Shown: piece by piece, positions 37,515 through 46,001 of the stretch
Layout: each line of letters opens with the position of its first letter
Numbering within the stretch: the stretch's first letter is position 1
Origin: Candidatus Nomurabacteria bacterium
GTDB taxonomy: Bacteria; Patescibacteriota; Minisyncoccia; Phycocordibacterales; UBA9973
NCBI GenBank assembly: GCA_029288805.1
Contig: JARIGO010000022.1
Span: forward strand, 30,754 to 94,753
Length of the DNA: 64,000 nucleotides
Reading direction: 5' to 3'
The notes under the pieces: model-generated
What the model saw: only the letters and a program-made list of their open reading frames with translations
Database searches by the model: none
What the model was told of the DNA's origin: nothing
Position numbers and translations under genes: made by a program

Positions 37515-38576
37515 CTAGTTTATTAAAAAGTCAATAACAGCACCGCCAATGACTTTTTCTCCTTTATACATAACGATAGACTGACCGAGCGGTATGGCTT
37601 CCGTAGTTTCCAATCTGACAGTCGCAGTATCAACAACCTGAAGTGGCAATAGTGACCCGTGATATCGGATCTGCGCCGTGTACTGCCTCCCCGCTTCTGC
37701 TTCGATAAACCAGTTAGTGTCTCGTAATGCGATAGTGACAACATCTCCGTGGGCTTCGGTATTCTTGGGAGACTGCGAAACCGTCAGAATGTTTTTTTCA
37801 ATATCCTTGGCAATAATATAGTACGGCGTTCGTTCAGTGCTTTTTTCCGTAATGCGAAAACCGTGACGCTCGCCCATGGTATAGAACCATACACCATCGT
37901 GCTCGCCTACTGTTTCTCCCTTTTCATTTACCACTATTCCCGGCTTCTCATCAATGTAATGCCGCAAGAAATCCTTCATATCAATATCACCAAGGAAACA
38001 AATGCCCTGACTGTCTTTTTTTGTAGCGGTAAACAACCCTGCCTTCTCCGCAATGACTCGAACGTCCTTTTTTTGTAAGTGACCTATGGGAAATTGAATA
38101 ACCGATAGTAATTCTTTTGCAATCATCCATAAGAAGTAGGATTGGTCTTTTGCAGGGTCAGCTGCCTTAAGAAGCGTGTCACCGTCGGTGACACGTGCAT
38201 AATGCCCCGTAGCAATACCATCAGCTCCATGAGTCCTGGCATAGTCCCACATGGCACCAAACTTAATGATCTTATTGCACAGCACGTCAGGGTTTGGCGT
38301 ACGACCAACTTTGTATTCGCTGATCATATAGTCAGCCACGCCTTGCTTGTATTCCTGCTCCGCATCCAAAAAATGAAACGGTATGTCCAGGACCGCGCAA
38401 ATGCGCATGGCATCGCGTTTTTCGTCCACCCACGTACATGGCACCCAGTCCGGCGCCCAGGTCTTCACGAAAATTCCATGCACGTCATATCCCTGTTCTT
38501 TCAGCAAAAAAGCCGCGACCGAGCTGTCCACTCCGCCTGATATGCCAACAAAGATTTTCTTGCCGTTCTTATTCAC
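37515..38576 (-). CDS. mnmA: tRNA-specific 2-thiouridylase
   Basis: PP-loop IFVGISGGVDSSVAA and conserved catalytic cysteines. 353 aa. Confidence 0.9.
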   Translation of the reverse strand: MNKNGKKIFVGISGGVDSSVAAFLLKEQGYDVHGIFVKTWAPDWVPCTWVDEKRDAMRICAVLDIPFHFLDAEQEYKQGVADYMISEYKVGRTPNPDVLCNKIIKFGAMWDYARTHGADGIATGHYARVTDGDTLLKAADPAKDQSYFLWMIAKELLSVIQFPIGHLQKKDVRVIAEKAGLFTATKKDSQGICFLGDIDMKDFLRHYIDEKPGIVVNEKGETVGEHDGVWFYTMGERHGFRITEKSTERTPYYIIAKDIEKNILTVSQSPKNTEAHGDVVTIALRDTNWFIEAEAGRQYTAQIRYHGSLLPLQVVDTATVRLETTEAIPLGQSIVMYKGEKVIGGAVIDFLIN

Positions 38577-38607
38577 AAGACGATACTACCATACGTTATT
38601 AAAAAAG

Positions 38608-39291
38608 TTATCGTCCTCTCCTTTTGAGCTTGGAAATGAACTTTGCATACAGAACGGCATCCTTATGAAGCGAGCGCTGGGATGCGAATAGCATTGAGAA
38701 TATTCCGAGAAAGGCAATAAGAATGGCAGACAGCTTATTAACAAGAACCATCTTCTCAGGATCCATGTCCTTCTTCAAAAATCCGATACCAATAGTCAGA
38801 ATAGACCACCAAATAACTGCGCCGATAAACATACCCAGGACAATGAATCGAGCCTGCGTAAACGTAGCATTGTTAACGACTCCTAATTCTTCAAAGATCA
38901 AAATAAATGTCAGGATGGTGGTAGGGTTTGTAATGTTTAACAGAAAGGTTGTTGCGTATGAAGAAATCAGTGATGCCCCTCGTTTTGGTTGAACTACTTT
39001 TGTTGTTTCCTGCGGAGTACTGAAAAAAATCTTGTAGGCTATATAGAGCAAGAACAGCCCTCCTATCAGACGGATGGCTGTCTCATACTTAATGAGAAAA
39101 AATGACAGTGCAGTAAAGCCAAAAGCCGACACAATCCCATAAAGGGTATCAGCGGTTGCAGCACCAAGTCCTGCCATAAATCCGGACAGCCTACCTTCCT
39201 GTAAGGTCTTGCGAATGCAGTACAAAGCTACCGGTCCAATGGGAGCAGCGATTGATATGCCGAGCACTACACCTTTTAAGAAGAAATTCAT
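38608..39291 (-). CDS. LysE/RhtB-type amino-acid exporter family membrane protein
   Basis: 227 aa with 6 TM helices. The N-terminal GPVALYCIRKTLQEG fits the LysE family pattern. Confidence 0.5.
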   Translation of the reverse strand: MNFFLKGVVLGISIAAPIGPVALYCIRKTLQEGRLSGFMAGLGAATADTLYGIVSAFGFTALSFFLIKYETAIRLIGGLFLLYIAYKIFFSTPQETTKVVQPKRGASLISSYATTFLLNITNPTTILTFILIFEELGVVNNATFTQARFIVLGMFIGAVIWWSILTIGIGFLKKDMDPEKMVLVNKLSAILIAFLGIFSMLFASQRSLHKDAVLYAKFISKLKRRGR

Positions 39292-39292
39292 G

Positions 39293-39835
39293 CTATTTCA
39301 AGTTCAACATTTTCTTGAACAGTTCGTACAGCGCATACGTATCAGCGAAGGCAGAGTGGGCTTTTTTGTTTTCGATACCGTAGTGTTCGGTCAGTGCCTT
39401 GAGAGAAAGCTTGTTCATCTCGTCATTATCTTTCATAACAGTAAACGCAATGCTGATGGTATCAAGCTTTTGGTAATGCATCTTGTTTTCAACACCAGTC
39501 TTCTTGAAAGCCTGGGTAATAAAGCCGTAATCAAATGCCATGTTATGCGCCACAAAGATAGCGCCTTCGGTTTTTTCCGCAAACAGTTTCATCGCGTCTC
39601 CGAGTGATACAGCAAAGAGCCAATCGGCTTCGTTGTATCCATTGACGCGCAATGCCGCAGGATCAGCGTCTTCTATATGTTCAGGGCGAATCTTGAGATC
39701 AAGTTGGTCAGTCACGACCAGTTCTCCGTCCTTGTACTTGGCAATGACAGCTGCCAATTCAATAATCTCCGCCACTTCAGGATCGAAGCCGGTAGTTTCT
39801 ACGTCTATAAATGCGAGGGGTTGTGGAAGAATCAT
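39293..39835 (-). CDS. DEDDh 3'-5' exonuclease (DnaQ/epsilon-like)
   Basis: Exo I FIDVETTG, Exo II AHNMAFD, Exo III HSAFADT. Confidence 0.8.
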   Translation of the reverse strand: MILPQPLAFIDVETTGFDPEVAEIIELAAVIAKYKDGELVVTDQLDLKIRPEHIEDADPAALRVNGYNEADWLFAVSLGDAMKLFAEKTEGAIFVAHNMAFDYGFITQAFKKTGVENKMHYQKLDTISIAFTVMKDNDEMNKLSLKALTEHYGIENKKAHSAFADTYALYELFKKMLNLK

Positions 39836-39836
39836 A

Positions 39837-40736
39837 TTATTTTAAAAACTTTTGAATGTTTTGTTCATGCTGACTAAAGGTAGACGCATAGTGTATGCCG
39901 CCAGATGAATCGTGTAAATAGTAGAGGTATGGCGAAGCAACCGGATTCAATGCCGCCGTGATAGCCGCAAGACCTGGATTGGAAATTGGAGCCGGAGGCA
40001 AGCCTGCCTTTTGGTACGTGATAGGAGCAGCATCCACCTGCAGACGAATGCCGTCATTGATACGCTTCCATAGAATGCCTGAGATAATGCCTCTGTCATT
40101 ATCTCCATGTGCTTCCTTTTCTATGATAGATGCCATGATGATAATCTGTTCTTCGCTATGGCCAGACTGAGCAATGGTAGAGCGCAATGGCGCCACTTTC
40201 CTTTCATATGTTTGCTGCATGGTTGCAATAACTTCCTGCGGCGTTGGCGTGGGGTAAAAGCCGTACGTATCAGGAAAGAGCTTGCCTTGATCGTCTTTTG
40301 TCAGCATGAGAAACGTTGCGGTATCAAATGAAGGAAAAACCTCCTTCAGGTGATCTGACATTTGTCCGGTGGTAAACCCTTCAGGAAATGTCACCTTTGT
40401 CCTATTAATGCCAAAATTCTTACCCGAGAATCGCAATGCGATATCAAGAGTCGACAACGGTTGGTCAAAGACATACTCACCTTCACTGATACGGGTATCG
40501 CCACCAAAGACATGCATAAAGATTTCAAACACGCGTGCGGAGTGAATGACACCGTCATGCTGCATTTCCACCGCAATATTAGGAACTGTTTCCCCTGACG
40601 TAACAACGATATGGTACGGCGCTGGAAATTTTGCCGGCGCTGAAATGAATGCCTTGTACATCGCTACTACGAAAACAACACCAAGAAATATTGTTAACAA
40701 TGCCTGCGTTACAAAACCACGTTGAAGGGACTGCAT
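39837..40736 (-). CDS. mltG: endolytic murein transglycosylase MltG/YceG family
   Basis: N-terminal TM. The C-terminal ...YQKAGLPPAPISNPGLAAITAALNP...YLYYLHD is the YceG signature. Start set at MQSLQRG to avoid a 52-nt overlap with the upstream gene. Confidence 0.8.
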   Translation of the reverse strand: MQSLQRGFVTQALLTIFLGVVFVVAMYKAFISAPAKFPAPYHIVVTSGETVPNIAVEMQHDGVIHSARVFEIFMHVFGGDTRISEGEYVFDQPLSTLDIALRFSGKNFGINRTKVTFPEGFTTGQMSDHLKEVFPSFDTATFLMLTKDDQGKLFPDTYGFYPTPTPQEVIATMQQTYERKVAPLRSTIAQSGHSEEQIIIMASIIEKEAHGDNDRGIISGILWKRINDGIRLQVDAAPITYQKAGLPPAPISNPGLAAITAALNPVASPYLYYLHDSSGGIHYASTFSQHEQNIQKFLK

Positions 40737-40737
40737 A

Positions 40738-42006
40738 CTATATAGGAAGATTTGATGGAGGCTGCGCCTTAGTTGCCTCAATACGCACAAAGCTTGAAGT
40801 CTCTGCTACTCGACCCGGTAGGTGGAACAATGTTGCCAACTCTTCGGTTGAAAGAATGTATGCCTTGCCTCCGTTGATTTCAGGATAGGTAGTGTATGTC
40901 TTTGGATTTTTAAGATCAAACCCTCCATAGAAAAATGCGCGCGCCTTGTATGCTCCCAACAAGTCTTTCTTCTTTTTGATAATCTTGCTGCCAGTCAGAT
41001 CCTGCCATGGGAAATCAAATGCGGTAGCACCGTCAGGCTTGAAACCGTTATAGTCAGAAGCCCCGTACTGACGCACCATGCCAGTCACTCCTGCAATGCG
41101 ATTGGCATCAAACTTGTCTTTCTGAGTGATATATATAGTACGAATACCCGCATCAAAACCGATCTTGCTTGCATTGCGCTCAATGGCTTCAATGACCATT
41201 TGTTCACCCTTCGTGGCACGACGCGTTGCAATGGTTTTTCCCTCTTTGTCTTTTTCCGTCAGGCTGGCATTAAAATCTCTGATGACCTGCTTAACCTTGT
41301 CGGTCCACGCCTTGTTTGACTCTTCTTCACCCTTGCTGTTCTTAACAGTAAACCGATTGGTGGCTCCACGTACCAAAATTTGAAACCAGATCTGTTCTCC
41401 CACGCCAATGGAGCCCATGAATTCTAGCATCGGCGTAATAGGATCGATACGCTGCTCTTCATCCAATGAGCCGACGGCGCGATCAAGTCCGTATTCAATA
41501 TATGTCTTGATCGGATACACTTCCTCTTTGTTGGTAAGCGCAAAGTTACAACCCCACAACTGGATGGGACCATCCTTGGTAAAGTCCGGCACTGACTCGG
41601 TGTAATCCTCGACTTCTGTCACCTCTGCTTGTGGATACTGGGCGTAAACTTGTGATTGGATAATGCTCTTGAACTTTACTGACGTACGAATATAAAAATG
41701 AATGGATCCTTCAATGGAAACGATTTCAAGCGAGAACCAGTTGCGCACCGCTCCGCCCCAGTATTTTTGCAGCCAGTTGCCGTGTCCTCCTGTTTGGTAC
41801 AAGGAGTTCAGCACAAGTTCCATAGCCAATGGTGATTTGAAAACTTCCTTTGGCGGCTTAACTTCAAGCAGAGTCCACTTTATGGAACGTAAAAAAAGCG
41901 TCTGAATGTAACTCATCCAGAGATGCCACGCCAAGTATGAAAGAAGGGGTATGGCAATGATCAGCTCGATACATTGAACAATGAACGAGGAGCTCGGGTT
42001 TTGCAT
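40738..42006 (-). CDS. hypothetical N-terminally membrane-anchored protein of unknown function
   Basis: 422 aa. One N-terminal TM, then a mixed alpha/beta domain with no recognisable catalytic motif. Lies immediately downstream of the pilin-like gene. Confidence 0.45.
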   Translation of the reverse strand: MQNPSSSFIVQCIELIIAIPLLSYLAWHLWMSYIQTLFLRSIKWTLLEVKPPKEVFKSPLAMELVLNSLYQTGGHGNWLQKYWGGAVRNWFSLEIVSIEGSIHFYIRTSVKFKSIIQSQVYAQYPQAEVTEVEDYTESVPDFTKDGPIQLWGCNFALTNKEEVYPIKTYIEYGLDRAVGSLDEEQRIDPITPMLEFMGSIGVGEQIWFQILVRGATNRFTVKNSKGEEESNKAWTDKVKQVIRDFNASLTEKDKEGKTIATRRATKGEQMVIEAIERNASKIGFDAGIRTIYITQKDKFDANRIAGVTGMVRQYGASDYNGFKPDGATAFDFPWQDLTGSKIIKKKKDLLGAYKARAFFYGGFDLKNPKTYTTYPEINGGKAYILSTEELATLFHLPGRVAETSSFVRIEATKAQPPSNLPI

Positions 42007-42029
42007 GCTACTAGTATAGCATTGAGTAT

Positions 42030-42587
42030 TTAAAAAGTGGTACCACTTCCACCGGAAACAGTTGTTTGATTGGTGATAACCGTAGTGTTACCGGGCAAAA
42101 GCTGAAGTTGAATGCGAGCACTGAGGGACGTACCGTTTGTCGCGGCAGGACTGCTAATCACGAGGTACGCAGTGGTGCTGTGCGCCACGCCCTGAAGCGG
42201 AATGACAGAAGAAAATGTGTCATCGCCAAAGAAACTCTTGTTGATTGGAATAGTGGTGTAGGCAGATAGCACTGAACCTGTGCTGTCTACAACGTATGCA
42301 TTGAGTGCATCAGGCACGGCACTGACGTTAAGACATTGTGCAACATATCCGTTGACCGTAACGGCATTTGAAATCTGCTCTTTTTTTGTTGGAAGGCTCA
42401 CGATAAGACCGCAGCCAGGGTTGGCAGTAACAACCTTTGTTGTTTTGGTAGCGGAACCTTTTGCAGGACCGATGACGGAACCAAGTGGAGTGTTAGTAAT
42501 GGTTGTTATTAATCCAATAGCCAAGACAATGGCCAAGATTATTTCAAGTGCTCCCCATCCGCCTCCTCCAGCTGGTGCATCCGCCAT
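42030..42587 (-). CDS. type IV pilin-like protein (class III signal: G|WGALE with Glu+5)
   Basis: The N-terminus MADAPAGGGG|WGALEIILAIVLAIGLITTI has a Gly-rich leader, Glu at +5 and a roughly 20-aa hydrophobic helix. Two Cys could form a disulfide loop. The C-terminus is Thr/Ser-rich. Confidence 0.4.
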   Translation of the reverse strand: MADAPAGGGGWGALEIILAIVLAIGLITTITNTPLGSVIGPAKGSATKTTKVVTANPGCGLIVSLPTKKEQISNAVTVNGYVAQCLNVSAVPDALNAYVVDSTGSVLSAYTTIPINKSFFGDDTFSSVIPLQGVAHSTTAYLVISSPAATNGTSLSARIQLQLLPGNTTVITNQTTVSGGSGTTF

Positions 42588-42590
42588 ATA

Positions 42591-43625
42591 TTATTTCTTT
42601 GCAACCGTATAGGTGCCGTTATCGAGCTTGGTAAAGTATTTTGCGTTCTGAAGATTTACAAGAATTGTATTCTTCTTGAGGAAACGTTCCTTAAGTACGC
42701 GATCAACAACTTCTTCCTTTGTCATTGGGCCTTCCTTAACCAAAATTTCCTTGATGACGTCACGAACCACACCTGGTTTGTAACCCCATTCAGCCAAGGC
42801 ATAGTAGCCGCGACCAACAAGCACGAAGCGAGGGTCTTTGATCAATTCATTGTGAGTAGTTGCAATGTGAGTCTTGCGACCGAATGTATCAACGATAGCC
42901 TTTGCCACTTCACGGAAGTGCATTGGAGAGCCATGCTTACGCATCATGAGGAATGCATAGTCCTTGATACCGCGAGTCTTGATATTTTGTGACTGAGCAG
43001 GACCCCATTCGCCCAGGGGGTTAACGCCGATCTTCTTTGAGATATTCAACCAACGACGAGCAATTTCCTCGTTTTTGTACTGAGCAGCTACGCCTTTCAA
43101 TTCATCAAGAAAACGAGTTACGAGGTCATCCTGACTGAGCAATTCCTTGTCATCAAGACTCTTGTATACGCGATGAAGGGCACTGTGAATAACTTCTGAC
43201 AATTCCTCATCAACAGTCCAGCGAGTTTGGAAGTGGTCGTCTTCCTTGAGCTTTTTGAACTCGTCACCGAGTACCATATAAAAACGAATGTGGTTTTGCA
43301 CTGACTTATCCTTAGACACATAAGAAAGGAAGTCGTCTTCATGGACCATGGCGCCCATAGCTTCTACCAAGCCTTTGAGTTCAGTAAATACCTTGTGTTC
43401 AGCCTTAAACGCATCGCTTTTGCGAATGGCAGCAAGAGCCGCGTTTTCGATTTGACGAACGCGTTCACGAGTAATGCCATATTTCTTTCCGATTGCCTCA
43501 AGCGTCTTTGAATCCGCATTGTCTTCAAGACCATAGCGGTTGACGATGATGTCATGCGCGCGGTCCTGCAAATTTGAGAGCAGGCGCTTGCTGACTTGTT
43601 TAGGTTTAAAACTGATAGTTGCCAT
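42591..43625 (-). CDS. two-HTH protein: N-terminal sigma-70 region-4-like domain fused to a C-terminal HARE-HTH winged helix
   Basis: Residues about 14-68, RAHDIIVNRYGLEDNADSKTLEAIGKKYGITRERVRQIENAALAAIRK, follow the sigma70_r4 consensus. Residues about 225-300, GSPMHFREVAKAIV...IATTHNELIKDPRFVLVGRGYYALAEWGY, follow the HARE-HTH consensus found in RNAP delta. Confidence 0.5.
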   Translation of the reverse strand: MATISFKPKQVSKRLLSNLQDRAHDIIVNRYGLEDNADSKTLEAIGKKYGITRERVRQIENAALAAIRKSDAFKAEHKVFTELKGLVEAMGAMVHEDDFLSYVSKDKSVQNHIRFYMVLGDEFKKLKEDDHFQTRWTVDEELSEVIHSALHRVYKSLDDKELLSQDDLVTRFLDELKGVAAQYKNEEIARRWLNISKKIGVNPLGEWGPAQSQNIKTRGIKDYAFLMMRKHGSPMHFREVAKAIVDTFGRKTHIATTHNELIKDPRFVLVGRGYYALAEWGYKPGVVRDVIKEILVKEGPMTKEEVVDRVLKERFLKKNTILVNLQNAKYFTKLDNGTYTVAKK

Positions 43626-43714
43626 GTGTCTTTATTGTTATTTTTATATAATTATCTCTATACTTTATCATGGATATAAAAAAAGTCAAACTCTTGTCAA
43701 GTATCGCTTTGGGA

Positions 43715-44767
43715 CTAGAACAGCCGTCTAATGTCCCCTATTGTCAGAATTACCATTAACAATAAAAGCAGTAAAAATCCAATAGCGTGAATGATATTAA
43801 CGGTATTCTTGGAAAACTTCCTGCGGGTGATAGCTTCCAGCAACACTACTACCAACCGTCCGCCATCGAGGGCCGGAAATGGCATAATGTTGATAACTGC
43901 CAAGTTTACGGATATCGCAGCCGTAAATGCCAACAGGTAGGTGAATCCAATGCTTGCGGCACTACCCACTTCCTGAGCCAAACCAACCGGTCCGACCAGA
44001 CTGCTTGCTGCGCTATTGTGATGGAAGATACCCGCAAAGAGACTTGCGAGCGTAGTGAATATTTCCCCACTTGTTGTATAGGTTTCGCTTACGGCAGTCT
44101 TGAATGATTGCCATAGAGACAGCCGTTGCTGCACTACTGGCTCAATAGCGAGACCGATAATACGGGTAATCTTGTTTCCGGTTGGGGTAATGGAAGTAGT
44201 GTGAAGTGAACCAAGGTGCTTGTACTGCACTGTCACCGGTCCTGCATTCTTAACGATTGCCTCATGAAGCGCCTCAGTTGTGATATCAGAAGTCAGTGTA
44301 GTGGCACCGACTGATACGCTACTAATAGTGTCTCCTACTGCCAAGCCACTTTTTGCAGATGGTGAATTAGCAACGACACTCACTACTGTCGCCGTACCAT
44401 GATCGCTGGCTACTGGCATGCCGATGGCATATGCGGCGGTAAACAAGACGATGGCAAGCAAAATATTGCAGATCACTCCCGCTACGAGTACTGCGCTTTT
44501 GAGATACCATGGTTTTGATTCAAACTGCTTTTCTACCGGAGCGGTCTGTTCCAAACCATCTTCACCGGCTATTTTTACAAAGCCGCCGATGGGCAACGCA
44601 TTGATAGAGTATGTTGTCTCCCCTTTCTTCCATGAAAAAATGCGCGGAGGAATACCGAAACCAAATTCATCAACGATCATGCCGCTCTTGCGGGCAATGA
44701 AAAAGTGACCCCATTCGTGTACGAGTACGGTTACCAACAGCACCAAGATGAAAATGAGTATGGTCAT
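43715..44767 (-). CDS. rseP: site-2 protease, M50 family (RseP-like) with a PDZ domain
   Basis: HEWGHFFIARK HExxH in TM1, a central PDZ domain, and a C-terminal LDGG motif. Confidence 0.85.
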   Translation of the reverse strand: MTILIFILVLLVTVLVHEWGHFFIARKSGMIVDEFGFGIPPRIFSWKKGETTYSINALPIGGFVKIAGEDGLEQTAPVEKQFESKPWYLKSAVLVAGVICNILLAIVLFTAAYAIGMPVASDHGTATVVSVVANSPSAKSGLAVGDTISSVSVGATTLTSDITTEALHEAIVKNAGPVTVQYKHLGSLHTTSITPTGNKITRIIGLAIEPVVQQRLSLWQSFKTAVSETYTTSGEIFTTLASLFAGIFHHNSAASSLVGPVGLAQEVGSAASIGFTYLLAFTAAISVNLAVINIMPFPALDGGRLVVVLLEAITRRKFSKNTVNIIHAIGFLLLLLLMVILTIGDIRRLF

Positions 44768-44770
44768 ATA

Positions 44771-45307
44771 TTAGCTTAAAATTTCAGCTTCCTTCTTTTT
44801 GAATAGTGATTCGAGATCATTGTTGCCTGTATCAGTAATTGCCTGTGCGTCATCCTTGGCATTGCGAGTCACGTCTTCCGGTAGCTTTTGATCCTTAACA
44901 GCGTTGAGAAAGTTTTCACGAGCCTTGCGAATAGTAATACGAGCGTCTTCAAGACGTTCCTTGGCGATCTTGGCAAGCTTTTGGCGAGTCTCACTGGTAA
45001 GTGCAGGAATAATGACACGGATACCGCTATCATCCACTGCGATAGAAAAACCAAGATCAGACGTATGCAATGCGCGCTCGATATCCTTGATCTGTCCCTT
45101 GTCCCATGGCACTACGCGAAGGGTCTTTGGATCCTCAATGGTAGTAGACGCCACGTTCTTTAACGGCTGCAATGAACCATATGCTTCAACCATGACACCA
45201 TCAAGCAATGCCGGTGCGGCACGTCCTGTATGAATCTGTGAATATTCTTTTGCAAGCCATTCCTGTGCTTGCTTAACTTCTTGTTTGAAAGGATTTAAAT
45301 CGTACAT
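44771..45307 (-). CDS. frr: ribosome recycling factor
   Basis: ...IHTGRAAPALLDGVMVEAYG... matches RRF. Start set at MYDLNP, with TATACT 8 nt upstream, rather than the upstream GTG. Confidence 0.93.
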   Translation of the reverse strand: MYDLNPFKQEVKQAQEWLAKEYSQIHTGRAAPALLDGVMVEAYGSLQPLKNVASTTIEDPKTLRVVPWDKGQIKDIERALHTSDLGFSIAVDDSGIRVIIPALTSETRQKLAKIAKERLEDARITIRKARENFLNAVKDQKLPEDVTRNAKDDAQAITDTGNNDLESLFKKKEAEILS

Positions 45308-45325
45308 AGGATTGCAGTATAACAC

Positions 45326-45361
45326 ATGAGAGCTGCTGAGCAGCTCTCATCGTTTTTTTTT
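45326..45361 (+). terminator. strong palindromic hairpin with a T9 tract on the plus strand, located between two minus-strand genes
   Basis: ATGAGAGCTGCT-g-AGCAGCTCTCAT followed by CGTTTTTTTTT. Confidence 0.4.
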
Positions 45362-45989
45362 ACAAGACCATACTGGCTGCGTATTCCAGTACGTACTTTG
45401 TTGGAAGATTGCCGGCAAAGAGCATACCCTTGGCTTTGTAGATGATATCCGCTTTCTGGGGCGTCTTACGCACGTAGGCTTCGAGCATGTCGAGCATTTC
45501 TACGGCTTTGGCACGACGCGTTGCAGCATCGTCTTCAGCATCACTGGCAAATTCTTCCTTGATCTGTGCTAGCAGCCCCTCTCTACTCAGGGGTCGAACC
45601 CCCAAGTCAGGAGATCCGACCTCCTGAGTGGCGGTGTGCAAAAGCATGACGCGAGAACGAATAGTGATCGGTACGAGATATGGATACGGCGTCATTAAAA
45701 CAATAGTCGTATCCAGATCTGGTTCTTCGAGTGCTTTCAAAATAATCTGTGCGGCATCCGGAGAAAAGACGGAAAAGAAAATAATGTACAAACGATCAGT
45801 GCCAGTGCCTTCATTGACGAACTCTACCAATGCTCGAGCATGATCTGTCGTAAATCGTGGTACTGACAACGCGCTCGTGAACGGATTCTGAATCATGGCA
45901 GTCGCCAAAAAACTATCAAAGTCCTTTTCGCTGCTTTGTATGAGAAATGTTTTTTGCGGAGCGAGTATTGCAACGTCATCAATAGTCAT
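45360..45989 (-). CDS. DNA polymerase III delta-prime-like (HolB-like) clamp-loader subunit, short and without a P-loop
   Basis: 209 aa. LKALEEPDLDTTIVLMT resembles the box VII region and IRSRV resembles sensor 2. No Walker A is present. Confidence 0.45.
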   Translation of the reverse strand: MTIDDVAILAPQKTFLIQSSEKDFDSFLATAMIQNPFTSALSVPRFTTDHARALVEFVNEGTGTDRLYIIFFSVFSPDAAQIILKALEEPDLDTTIVLMTPYPYLVPITIRSRVMLLHTATQEVGSPDLGVRPLSREGLLAQIKEEFASDAEDDAATRRAKAVEMLDMLEAYVRKTPQKADIIYKAKGMLFAGNLPTKYVLEYAASMVL

Positions 45990-46001
45990 ATCACTATTGT
46001 A

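Noticed and set aside
45585-45640. tRNA-like T-arm motif (GGGGGTTCGACCCC) plus a stem-loop with a CGG anticodon-like loop on the minus strand
   Set aside because: It lies in-frame inside the holB-like CDS (…TQEVGSPDLGVRPLSREGLL…). No acceptor or D-arm pairing could be built, so no cloverleaf. The hairpin part is the near-copy of the repeated terminator palindrome noted separately.
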